This document shows, piece after piece, positions 11,001-25,000 of a stretch of 64,000 nucleotides of DNA. Source of the DNA: Paragordius varius (lineage: Eukaryota > Animalia > Nematomorpha); assembly GCA_964247055.1 (NCBI GenBank), contig OZ176054.1:496001-560000 (forward strand), written 5' to 3'. The position numbers and the translations under genes were made by a program. The number at the start of each line of letters is the position of its first letter. Within the stretch, counting starts at the first letter, position 1. The notes below the pieces were generated by a model. It was not told the DNA's origin. It was given only the letters and a program-made list of their open reading frames with translations, and did no database searches.

Positions 11001-13928
11001 CTCTTTCATATCCGATTTTTACAAGGATACTTTAAAAATTAATGTATAAAACTAGTCGTATCAATAAATCGCATCAATACTCAAGTTAAACTTTGTCCTT
11101 AAAAATCGGATATTGGTCACCGGTGAACAAAATAATTTTTTATACATTCTCTTAGTAAGACTACATCAAAATATAGAGATAGTTTGACAAACTCTTTCAT
11201 ATCCGATTTTTACAACGATTATTTAAAAATTATGGTATTAAATTAGTCGCATCAATACTCAAGTTAAACTTTGTCCTTAAAAATCGGATATTGGTCACCG
11301 GTGAACAAAATTATTTTTTATACATTCTCTTAGAGAGACTACATCAAAATATAGAGATAGTTTGACAAACTCTTTCATATCCGATTTTTACAAGGATACT
11401 TTAAAAATTAATGTATAAAACTAGTCGTATCAATAAATCGCATCAATACTCAAGTTAAACATTGTCCTTAAAAATCGGATATTGGTCACCTGTTAACAAA
11501 ATTATTTTTTATACATTCTCTTAGTAGGACTACATCAAAATATAGAGATAGTTTGGCAAACTCTTTCATATGCGATTTTTACAACGATACTTTAAAAATT
11601 AATGTATAAAACTAGTCGCATCAATACTCAAGTTAAACTTTGTCCTTAAAAATCGGATATTGGTCACCGGTGAACAAAATTATTTTTTATAAATTCTCTT
11701 AGCAAGACTACATCAAAATATAGAGATAGTTTGACAAACTCTTTCATATCCGTTTTTACAACGATACTTTAAAAATTAATGTATAACACTAGTCGCATCA
11801 ATACTCAAGTTAAACTTTGTCCTTAAAAATCGAATATTGGTCACCGGTGAACAAAATAATTTTTTATACATTCTCTTAGTAGGACTACATAAAAATATAG
11901 AGATAGTTTGGCAAACTCTTTCATATCCGATTCTTACAACGATACTTTAAAAATTAATGTATAAAACTAGTCGCATCAATACTCAAGTTAAACTTTGTCC
12001 TTAAAAATCGGATATTGGTCACCGGTGAACAAAATTATTTTTTATACATTCTCTTAGTAAGACTACATCAAAATATAGAAATAGTTTGACAAACTCTTTC
12101 ATATCCGATTTTTACAACGATACTTTAAAAATTAAGTATTAAACTAGTCGCATCAACACTCAAGTTAAACTTTGTCCTTAAAAATCGGATATTGGTCACC
12201 GGTGAACAAAATTATTTTTTATAAATTCTCTTAGCAAGACTACATCAAAATATAGAGATTGTTTGACAAACTCTTTCATATCCGTTTTTACAACGATACT
12301 TTAAAAATTAATGTATAAAACTAGTCGCATCAATACTCAAGTTAAATTTTGTCCTTAAAAATGGGATATTGGTCACCGGTGAACAAAACTATTTTTTATA
12401 CATTCTCTTAGTAAGACTACATCAAAATATAGAGATAGTTTGACAAACTCTTTTATATCCGATTTTTACAACGATACTTTAAAAATTAATGTGTTAAACT
12501 AGTCGCATCAATACTCAAGTTAAACTTTGTCTGTAAAAATCGGATATTGGTCACCGGAGAACAAAATTATTTTTTATACATTCTCTTAGTAACACTACAT
12601 CAAAATATAGAGATAGTTTGACAAACTCTTTCATATCCGATTTTTACAACGATACTTTAAAAATTATGATATTAAACCAGTCGCATTAATACTCAAGTTA
12701 AACTTTGTCCTTAAAAATCGGATATTGGTCACCGGTGAACAAAATTATTTTTTATACATTCTCTTAGTAAGAATACATCAAAATATAGAGATAGTTTGAC
12801 AAACTCTTTCATATCCGATTTTTACAACGATACTTTATAAATTAATGTATAAAACTAGTCGTATCAATAAGTCGCATCAATACTCAAGTTAAACTTTGTC
12901 CTTAAAAATCGGATATTGGTCACCGGTGAACAAAATAATTTTTTATACATTCTCTTAGTAACACTACATCAAAATATAGAGATAGTTTGACAAACTCTTT
13001 CATATCCGATTTTTACAACGATACTTTAAAAATTATGGTATTAAACCAGTCGCATCAATACTCAAGTTAAACTTTGTCCTTAAAAATCGGATATTGGTCA
13101 CCGGTGAACAAAATTATTTTTTATACATTCTCTTAGTAAGAATACATCAAAATATAGAGATAGTTTGACAAACTCTTTCATATACGATTTTTACAACGAT
13201 ACTTTAAAAATTAATGTATTAAACTAGTCGCATCCCATACTCAAGATAAACTTTGTCCTTAAAAATCGAATATTGGTCACCGGTGAACAAAATTATTTTT
13301 TATACATTCTCTTAGTAAGATAACATCAAAATATAGAAATAGTTTGACAAACTCTTTCATATCCGATTTTTACAACGATACTTTAAAAATTAATGTATTA
13401 AACTAGTCGCATCAATACTCAAATTAAACTTTGTCCTTAAAAATCGGATATTGGTCACCGGTGAACAAAATTATTTTTTATATATTCTCTTAGCAAGACT
13501 ACATCAAAATATAGAGATAGTTTGACAAACTCTTTCATATCCGATTTTTACAACGATACTTTAAAAAATAATGTATAAAACTAGTCGTATCAATAAATCG
13601 CATCAATACTCAAGTTAAACTTTGTCCTTAAAAATCGGATATTGGTCACCGGTGAACAAAATTATTTTTTATACATTCTCTAATAGGACTACATCAAAAT
13701 ATAGAGATAGTTTGGCAAACTCTTTCATATCCGATTTTTACAACGATACTTTAAAAATTTATGTATAAAACTAGTCGCATCAATACTCAAGTTAAACTTT
13801 GTCCTTAAAAATCGAATATTGGTCACCGGTGAACAAAATTACTTTTTATACATTCTCTTAGTTAGACTACATCAAAATATAGAGATAGTTTGACAAACTC
13901 TTTCATATCCGATTTTTACAACGATACT
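8074..13928 (+). repeat. About 1.9-kb block duplicated at +3,981 (8074-9947 and 12055-13928)
   Basis: ATAGAGATTG 8271/12252, CATCCCATAC 9250/13231, TAAAAATTTA 9771/13752. Confidence 0.88.
8876..8901 (+). repeat. 13-bp internal tandem duplication defining the 191-bp monomer class (example copy): AGTCGTATCAATA + AGTCGCATCAATA
   Basis: Direct reading. Roughly 60 monomers across the window, counted by eye, carry a form of this insertion. Confidence 0.95.
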
Positions 13929-16900
13929 CTAGAAATTATGGTATTAAACTAGTCGCATCAACACTCAAGTCAAATTTTGTCCTTAAAAATGTGATATTGA
14001 TCACCGGTGAACAAAACTATTTTTTATACATTCTCTCTGTAAGACTACATCAAAATATAGAATTTGACCAACTCTTTCATATCCGATTTTTACAACGATA
14101 CTTTAATTAATGTATTAAAATAGTCGCATCAATACTCAAGTTAAACTTTGTCCTTAAAAATCGGATATTGGTCACCGGTGAACAAAATAATTTTGTATAC
14201 ATTCTCTTAGTAGGACTACATCAAAATATAGAGATAGTTTTACAAACTCTTTTATATCCGATTTTTACAACGATACTTTAAAAATTAATGTATAAAAGTA
14301 GTCGCATCAATACACAAGTTAAACTTTGTCCTTAAAAATCGGATATTGGTCACCGGTGAACAAAATTATTTTTTATACATTCTCTTAGTAAGACTACATC
14401 AAAATATAGAGATAGTTTGACAAACTCTTTCATATCCGATTTTTACAACGATACTTTAATTAATGTATTAAAATAGTCGCATCAATACTCAAGTTAAACT
14501 TTGTCCTTAAAAATCGAATATTGGTCACCGGTGAACAAAATTACTTTTTATACATTCTCTTAATTAGACTACATCAAAATATAGAGATAGTTTGACAAAC
14601 TCTTTAATATCCGATTTTTACAACGATACTTTAAAAATTAATGTGTTAAACTAGTCGCATCAATACTCAAGTTAAACTTTGTCTGTAAAAATCGGATATT
14701 GGTCACCGGAGAACAAAATTATTTTTTATACATTCTCTTAGTAAGACTACATCAAAATATAGAGATAGTTTAACAAACTCTTTCATATCCGATTTTTACA
14801 ACGATACTTTAAAAATTAATGTATAAAAGTAGTCGCATCAATACTCAAGTCAAATTTTGTCCTTAAAAATGTGATATTGATCACCGGTGAACAAAACTAT
14901 TTTTTATACATTCTCTCTGTAAGACTACATCAAATATAGAAATAGTTTGACAAACTCTTTCATATCCGATTTTTACAACGATACTTTAATTAATGTATTA
15001 AAATAGTCGCATCAATACTCAAGTTAAACTTTGTCCTTAAAAATCGGATATTGGTCACCGGTGAACAAAATTATTTTTTATACATTCTCTTAGCACGACT
15101 ACATCAAAATATAGAGATAGTTTGGCAAACTCTTTCATCCGATTTTTACAACGATAATTTAAAAATTAGGTATAAAACTAGTCGCATCAATACTCAAGTT
15201 AAACTTTGTCCTTAAAAATCGAATATTGGTCACCGGTGAACAAAATTATTTTTTATACATTCTCTTAGTAAGACTACATCAAATTATAGAGATAGTTTGA
15301 CAAACTCTATATCCGATTTTTACAACGATACTTTAAAAATTAATGTATAAAACTAGTCGCATCAATACTCAAGTTAAACTTTATCCTTAAAAATTGGATA
15401 TTGGTCACCGGTGAACAAAATATTTTTCATTCTCTTAGTAAGACTACATCAAAATATAGAGATAGTTTGACAAACTCTTTTATATCCGATTTTTACAACG
15501 ATACTTTAAAAATTAATGTATTAAACTAGTCGCATCAATACTCAAGTTAAACTTTGTCTGTAAAAATCGGATATTGGTCACCGGAGAACAAAATTATTTT
15601 TTATACATTCTCTTAGCAAGACTACATCAAAATATAGAGATAGTTTGACAAACTCTTTTATATCCGATTTTTACAACGATACTTTAAAAATTAATGTGTT
15701 AAACTAGTCGCATCAATACTCAAGTTAAACTTTGTCTGTAAAAATCGGATATTGGTCACCGGTGAACAAAACTATTTTTTATACATTCTCTTAGTAAGAC
15801 TACATCAAAATATAGAGATAGTTTGACAAACTCTTTTATATCCGATTTTTACAACGATACTTTAAAAATTAATGTGTTAAACTAGTCGCATCAATACTCA
15901 AGTTAAACTTTGTCTGTAAAAATCGGATATTGGTCACCGGAGAACAAAATTATTTTTTATACATTCTCTTAGTAACACTACATCAAAATATAGAGATAGT
16001 TTGACAAACTCTTTCATATCCGATTTTTACAACGATACTTTAAAAATTATGATATTAAACCAGTCGCATTAATACTCAAGTTAAACTTTGTCCTTAAAAA
16101 TCGGATATTGGTCACCGGTGAACAAAATTATTTTTTATACATTCTCTTAGTAAGAATACATCAAAATATAGAGATAGTTTGACAAACTCTTTCATATCCG
16201 ATTTTTACAACGATACTTTATAAATTAATGTATAAAACTAGTCGTATCAATAAGTCGCATCAATACTCAAGTTAAACTTTGTCCTTAAAAATCGGATATT
16301 GGTCACCGGTGAACAAAATAATTTTTTATACATTCTCTTAGTAACACTACATCAAAATATAGAGATAGTTTGACAAACTCTTTCATATCCGATTTTTACA
16401 ACGATACTTTAAAAATTATGGTATTAAACCAGTCGCATCAATACTCAAGTTAAACTTTGTCCTTAAAAATCGGATATTGGTCACCGGTGAACAAAATTAT
16501 TTTTTATACATTCTCTTAGTAAGAATACATCAAAATATAGAGATAGTTTGACAAACTCTTTCATATACGATTTTTACAACGATACTTTAAAAATTAATGT
16601 ATTAAACTAGTCGCATCCCATACTCAAGATAAACTTTGTCCTTAAAAATCGAATATTGGTCACCGGTGAACAAAATTATTTTTTATACATTCTCTTAGTA
16701 AGATAACATCAAAATATAGAAATAGTTTGACAAACTCTTTCATATCCGATTTTTACAACGATACTTTAAAAATTAATGTATTAAACTAGTCGCATCAATA
16801 CTCAAATTAAACTTTGTCCTTAAAAATCGGATATTGGTCACCGGTGAACAAAATTATTTTTTATATATTCTCTTAGCAAGACTACATCAAAATATAGAGA

Positions 16901-19041
16901 TAGTTTGACAAACTCTTTCATATCCGATTTTTACAACGATACTTTAAAAAATAATGTATAAAACTAGTCGTATCAATAAATCGCATCAATACTCAAGTTA
17001 AACTTTGTCCTTAAAAATCGGATATTGGTCACCGGTGAACAAAATTATTTTTTATACATTCTCTAATAGGACTACATCAAAATATAGAGATAGTTTGGCA
17101 AACTCTTTCATATCCGATTTTTACAACGATACTTTAAAAATTTATGTATAAAACTTGTCGCATCAATACTCAAGTTAAACTTTGTCCTTAAAAATCGAAT
17201 ATTGGTCACCGGTGAACAAAATTACTTTTTATACATTCTCTTAGTTAGACTACATCAAAATATAGAGATAGTTTGACAAACTCTTTCATATCCGATTTTT
17301 ACAACGATACTCTAGAAATTATGGTATTAAACTAGTCGCATCAACACTCAAGTCAAATTTTGTCCTTAAAAATGTGATATTGATCACGGGTGAACAAAAC
17401 TATTTTTTATACATTCTCTCTGTAAGACTACATCAAAATATAGAATTTGACCAACTCTTTCATATCCGATTTTTACAACGATACTTTAATTAATGTATTA
17501 AAATAGTCGCATCAATACTCAAGTTAAACTTTGTCCTTAAAAATCGGATATTGGTCACCGGTGAACAAAATAATTTTGTATACATTCTCTTAGTAGGACT
17601 ACATCAAAATATAGAGATAGTTTTACAAACTCTTTTATATCCGATTTTTACAACGATACTTTAAAAATTAATGTATAAAAGTAGTCGCATCAATACACAA
17701 GTTAAACTTTGTCCTTAAAAATCGGATATTGGTCACCGGTGAACAAAATTATTTTTTATACATTCTCTTAGTAAGACTACATCAAAATATAGAGATAGTT
17801 TGACAAACTCTTTCATATCCGATTTTTACAACGATACTTTAATTAATGTATTAAAATAGTCGCATCAATACTCAAGTTAAACTTTGTCCTTTAAAATCGA
17901 ATATTGGTCACCGGTGAACAAAATTACTTTTTATACATTCTCTTAATTAGACCACATCAAAATATAGAGATAGTTTGACAAACTCTTTAATATCCGATTT
18001 TTACAACGATACTTTAAAAATTAATGTGTTAAACTAGTCGCATCAATACTCAAGTTAAACTTTGTCTGTAAAAATCGGATATTAGTCACCGGAGAACAAA
18101 ATTATTTTTTATACATTCTCTTAGTAAGACTACATCAAAATATAGAGATAGTTTAACAAACTCTTTCATATCCGATTTTTACAACGATACTTTAAAAATT
18201 AATGTATAAAAGTAGTCGCATCAATACTCAAGTCAAATTTTGTCCTTAAAAATGTGATATTGATCACCGGTGAACAAAACTATTTTTTATACATTCTCTC
18301 TGTAAGACTACATCAAATATAGAAATAGTTTGACAAACTCTTTCATATCCGATTTTTACAACGATACTTTAATTAATGTATTAAAATAGTCGCATCAATA
18401 CTCAAGTTAAACTTTGTCCTTAAAAATCGGATATTGGTCACCGGTGAACAAAATTATTTTTTATACATTCTCTTAGCAAGACTACATCAAAATATAGAGA
18501 TAGTTTGGCAAACTCTTTCATCCGATTTTTACAACGATAATTTAAAAATTAGGTATAAAACTAGTCGCATCAATACTCAAGTTAAACTTTGTCCTTAAAA
18601 ATCGAATATTGGTCACCGGTGAACAAAATTATTTTTTATACATTCTCTTAGTAAGACTACATCAAATTATAGAGATAGTTTGACAAACTCTATATCCGAT
18701 TTTTACAACGATACTTTAAAAATTAATGTATAAAACTAGTCGCATCAATACTCAAGTTAAACTTTATCCTTAAAAATTGGATATTGGTCACCGGTGAACA
18801 AAATATTTTTCATTCTCTTAGTAAGACTACATCAAAATATAGAGATAGTTTGACAAACTCTTTTATATCCGATTTTTACAACGATACTTTAAAAATTAAT
18901 GTATTAAACTAGTCGCATCAATACTCAAGTTAAACTTTGTCTGTAAAAATCGGATATTGGTCACCGGAGAACAAAATTATTTTTTATACATTCTCTTAGC
19001 AAGACTACATCAAAATATAGAGATAGTTTGACAAACTCTTT
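12364..19041 (+). repeat. 3,383-bp (about 19-monomer) tandem duplication: about 12364-15746 and about 15747-19041
   Basis: Markers at +3383: TATGATATTAAACC 12665/16048, CATCCCATAC 13231/16614, ACGATACTCTAGAA 13921/17304, TATTTTTCATTC 15421/18804. About six point differences were seen between the copies. Confidence 0.92.
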
Positions 19042-22000
19042 CATATCCGATTTTTACAACGATACTTTATAAATTAATGTATAAAACTAGTCGTATCAAT
19101 AAGTCGCATCAATACTCAAGTTAAACTTTGTCCTTAAAAATCGGATATTGGTCACCGGTAACAAAATAATTTTTTATACATTCTCTTAGTAGCACTACAT
19201 CAAAATATAGAGATAGTTTGACAAACTCTTTCATATCCGATTTTTACAACGATACTTTAAAAATTAATGTATAAAACTAGTCGCATCAATACTCAAGTTA
19301 AACTTTGTCCTTAAAAATCGAATATTGGTCACCGGTGAACAAAATTATTTTTTATACATTCTCTTAGTAAGACTACATCAAAATATAGAGATAGTTTGAC
19401 AAACTCTTTCATATCCGATTTTTACAACGATACTTTAAAAATTAATGTATAACACTAGTCGCATCAATACTCAAGTTAAACTTTATCCTTAAAAATTGGA
19501 TATTGGTCACCGGTGAACAAAATAATTTTTTATACATTCTCTTAGTAAGACTACATCAAAATATAGAGATAGTTTGACAAACTCTTTCATATCCGATTTT
19601 TACAACGATACTTTAAAAATTAATGTATAACACTAGTCGCATCAATACTCAAATTAAACTTTGTCCTTAAAAATCGGATATTGGTCACCGGTGAACAAAA
19701 TTATTTTTTATATATTCTCTTAGCAAGACTACATCAAAATATAGAGATAGTTTGACAAACTCTTTCATATCCGATTTTTACAACGATGCTTTAAAAATTA
19801 ATGTATAAAACTAGTCGTATCAATAAATCGCATCAATACTCAAGTTAAACTTTGTCCTTAAAAATCGGATATTGGTCACCGGTGAACAAAATTATTTTTT
19901 ATACATTCTCTAATTGGACTACATCAAAATATAGAGATAGTTTGGCAAACTCTTTCATATCCGATTTTTACAACGATACTTTAAAAATTAATGTATAAAA
20001 CTAGTCGCATCAATACTCAAGTTAAACTTTGTCCTTAAAAATCGAATATTGGTCACCGGTGAACAAAATTATTTTTTATACATTCTCTTAGTTAGACTAC
20101 ATCAAAATATAGAGATAGTTTGACAAACTCTTTAATATCCGATTTTTACAACGATACTTTAAAAATTAATGTGTTAAACTAGTCGCATCAATACTCAAGT
20201 AAAACTTTGTCCTTAAAAATCGGATATTGGTCACCGGTGAAAAAAATTATTTTTTATACATTCTCTTAGTAAGACTACATCAAAATATAGAGATAGTTTG
20301 ACAAACTCTTTCATATCCGATTTTTACAACGATACTTTAAAAATTAATGTATTAAACTAGTCGCATCCCATACTCAAGATAAACTTTGTCCTTAAAAATC
20401 GAATATTGGTCACCGGTGAACAAAATTATTTTTTATACATTCTCTTAGTAAGATAACATCAAAATATAGAAATAGTTTGACAAACTCTTTCATATCAGAT
20501 TTTTAAACGATACTTTAAAAATTAATGTATTAAACTAGTCGCATCAATACTCAAATTAAACTTTGTCCTTAAAAATCGGATATTGGTCACCGGTGAACAA
20601 AATTATTTTTTATATATTCTCTTAGCAAGACTACATCAAAATATAGAGATAGTTTGACAAACTCTTTCATATCCGATTTTTACAACGATACTTTAAAAAT
20701 TTATGTATAAAACTAGTCGTATCAATAAATCGCATCAATACTCAAGTTAAACTTTGTCCTTAAAAATCGGATATTGGTCACCGGTGAACAAAATTATTTT
20801 TTATACATTCTCTAATAGGATTACATCAAAATATAGAGATAGTTTGGCAAACTCTTTCATATCCGATTTTTACAACGATACTTTAAAAATTAATGTATAA
20901 AACTAGTCGCATCAATACTCAAGTTAAACTTTGTCCTTAAAAATCGAATATTGGGCACCGGTGAACAAAATTATTTTTTATACATTCTCTTAGTAAGACT
21001 ACATCAAAATATAGAGATAGTTTGACAAACTCTTTCATATCCGATTTTTACAACGATACTTTAAAAATTAATGTATTAAACTAGTCGCATCAATACTCAA
21101 GTTAAACTTTGTCTGTAAAAATCGGATATTGGTGAGAACAAAATTATTTTTTATACATTCTCTTAGCAAGACTACATCAAAATATAGAGATAGTTTGACA
21201 AACTCTTTCATATCCGATTTTTACAACGATACTTTAAAAATTAATGTATTAAACTAGTCGCATCAACACTCAAGTCAAATTTTGTCCTTAAAAATGATAT
21301 TGATCACCGGTGAACAAAACTATTTTTTATACATTCTCTCTGTAAGACTACATCAAAATATAGAATTTGACCAACTCTTTCATATCCGATTTTTACAACG
21401 ATACTTTAATTAATGTATTAAAATAGTCGCATCAATACTCAAGTTAAACTTTGTCCTTAAAAATCGGATATTGGTCACCGGTGAACAAAATAATTTTTTA
21501 TACATTCTCTTAGCAAGACTACATCAAAATATAGAGATAGTTTGACAAACTCTTTCATATCCGATTTTTACAACGATACTTTAAAAATTAATGTATTAAA
21601 CTAGTCGCATCAACACTCAAGTCAAATTTTGTCCTTAAAAATGTGATATTGGTCACCGGTGAACAAAATTATTTTTTATACATTCTCTTAGTAAGATAAC
21701 ATCAAAATATAGAAATAGTTTGACAAACTCTTTCATATCCGATTTTTACAACGATACTTTAAAAATTAATGTATTAAACTAGTCGCATCAATACTCAAAT
21801 TAAACTTTGTCCTTAAAAATCGGATATTGGTCACCGGTGAACAAAATTATTTTTTATATATTCTCTTAGCAAGACTACATCAAAATATAGAGATAGTTTG
21901 ACAAACTCTTTCATATCCGATTTTTACAACGATACTTTAAAAAATAATGTATAAAACTAGTCGTATCAATAAATCGCATCAATACTCAAGTTAAACTTTG

Positions 22001-25000
22001 TCCTTAAAAATCGGATATTGGTCACCGGTGAACAAAATTATTTTTTATACATTCTCTAATAGGACTACATCAAAATATAGAGATAGTTTGGCAAACTCTT
22101 TCATATCCGATTTTTACAACGATACTTTAAAAATTTATGTATAAAACTTGTCGCATCAATACTCAAGTTAAACTTTGTCCTTAAAAATCGAATATTGGTC
22201 ACCGGTGAACAAAATTACTTTTTATACATTCTCTTAGTTAGACTACATCAAAATATAGAGATAGTTTGACAAACTCTTTCATATCCGATTTTTACAACGA
22301 TACTCTAGAAATTATGGTATTAAACTAGTCGCATCAACACTCAAGTCAAATTTTGTCCTTAAAAATGTGATATTGATCACGGGTGAACAAAACTATTTTT
22401 TATACATTCTCTCTGTAAGACTACATCAAAATATAGAATTTGACCAACTCTTTCATATCCGATTTTTACAACGATACTTTAATTAATGTATTAAAATAGT
22501 CGCATCAATACTCAAGTTAAACTTTGTCCTTAAAAATCGGATATTGGTCACCGGTGAACAAAATAATTTTGTATACATTCTCTTAGTAGGACTACATCAA
22601 AATATAGAGATAGTTTTACAAACTCTTTTATATCCGATTTTTACAACGATACTTTAAAAATTAATGTATAAAAGTAGTCGCATCAATACACAAGTTAAAC
22701 TTTGTCCTTAAAAATCGGATATTGGTCACCGGTGAACAAAATTATTTTTTATACATTCTCTTAGTAAGACTACATCAAAATATAGAGATAGTTTGACAAA
22801 CTCTTTCATATCCGATTTTTACAACGATACTTTAATTAATGTATTAAAATAGTCGCATCAATACTCAAGTTAAACTTTGTCCTTTAAAATCGAATATTGG
22901 TCACCGGTGAACAAAATTACTTTTTATACATTCTCTTAATTAGACCACATCAAAATATAGAGATAGTTTGACAAACTCTTTAATATCCGATTTTTACAAC
23001 GATACTTTAAAAATTAATGTGTTAAACTAGTCGCATCAATACTCAAGTTAAACTTTGTCTGTAAAAATCGGATATTAGTCACCGGAGAACAAAATTATTT
23101 TTTATACATTCTCTTAGTAAGACTACATCAAAATATAGAGATAGTTTAACAAACTCTTTCATATCCGATTTTTACAACGATACTTTAAAAATTAATGTAT
23201 AAAAGTAGTCGCATCAATACTCAAGTCAAATTTTGTCCTTAAAAATGTGATATTGATCACCGGTGAACAAAACTATTTTTTATACATTCTCTCTGTAAGA
23301 CTACATCAAATATAGAAATAGTTTGACAAACTCTTTCATATCCGATTTTTACAACGATACTTTAATTAATGTATTAAAATAGTCGCATCAATACTCAAGT
23401 TAAACTTTGTCCTTAAAAATCGGATATTGGTCACCGGTGAACAAAATTATTTTTTATACATTCTCTTAGCAAGACTACATCAAAATATAGAGATAGTTTG
23501 GCAAACTCTTTCATCCGATTTTTACAACGATAATTTAAAAATTAGGTATAAAACTAGTCGCATCAATACTCAAGTTAAACTTTGTCCTTAAAAATCGAAT
23601 ATTGGTCACCGGTGAACAAAATTATTTTTTATACATTCTCTTAGTAAGACTACATCAAATTATAGAGATAGTTTGACAAACTCTATATCCGATTTTTACA
23701 ACGATACTTTAAAAATTAATGTATAAAACTAGTCGCATCAATACTCAAGTTAAACTTTATCCTTAAAAATTGGATATTGGTCACCGGTGAACAAAATATT
23801 TTTCATTCTCTTAGTAAGACTACATCAAAATATAGAGATAGTTTGACAAACTCTTTTATATCCGATTTTTACAACGATACTTTAAAAATTAATGTATTAA
23901 ACTAGTCGCATCAATACTCAAGTTAAACTTTGTCTGTAAAAATCGGATATTGGTCACCGGAGAACAAAATTATTTTTTATACATTCTCTTAGCAAGACTA
24001 CATCAAAATATAGAGATAGTTTGACAAACTCTTTCATATCCGATTTTTACAACGATACTTTATAAATTAATGTATAAAACTAGTCGTATCAATAAGTCGC
24101 ATCAATACTCAAGTTAAACTTTGTCCTTAAAAATCGGATATTGGTCACCGGTAACAAAATAATTTTTTATACATTCTCTTAGTAGCACTACATCAAAATA
24201 TAGAGATAGTTTGACAAACTCTTTCATATCCGATTTTTACAACGATACTTTAAAAATTAATGTATAAAACTAGTCGCATCAATACTCAAGTTAAACTTTG
24301 TCCTTAAAAATCGAATATTGGTCACCGGTGAACAAAATTATTTTTTATACATTCTCTTAGTAAGACTACATCAAAATATAGAGATAGTTTGACAAACTCT
24401 TTCATATCCGATTTTTACAACGATACTTTAAAAATTAATGTATAACACTAGTCGCATCAATACTCAAGTTAAACTTTATCCTTAAAAATTGGATATTGGT
24501 CACCGGTGAACAAAATAATTTTTTATACATTCTCTTAGTAAGACTACATCAAAATATAGAGATAGTTTGACAAACTCTTTCATATCCGATTTTTACAACG
24601 ATACTTTAAAAATTAATGTATAACACTAGTCGCATCAATACTCAAATTAAACTTTGTCCTTAAAAATCGGATATTGGTCACCGGTGAACAAAATTATTTT
24701 TTATATATTCTCTTAGCAAGACTACATCAAAATATAGAGATAGTTTGACAAACTCTTTCATATCCGATTTTTACAACGATGCTTTAAAAATTAATGTATA
24801 AAACTAGTCGTATCAATAAATCGCATCAATACTCAAGTTAAACTTTGTCCTTAAAAATCGGATATTGGTCACCGGTGAACAAAATTATTTTTTATACATT
24901 CTCTAATTGGACTACATCAAAATATAGAGATAGTTTGGCAAACTCTTTCATATCCGATTTTTACAACGATACTTTAAAAATTAATGTATAAAACTAGTCG

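Noticed and set aside
20235-20250. GGTGAAAAAA resembling the alpha-satellite pJ-alpha motif
   Set aside because: A short match in a rare variant, expected by chance in AT-rich DNA.
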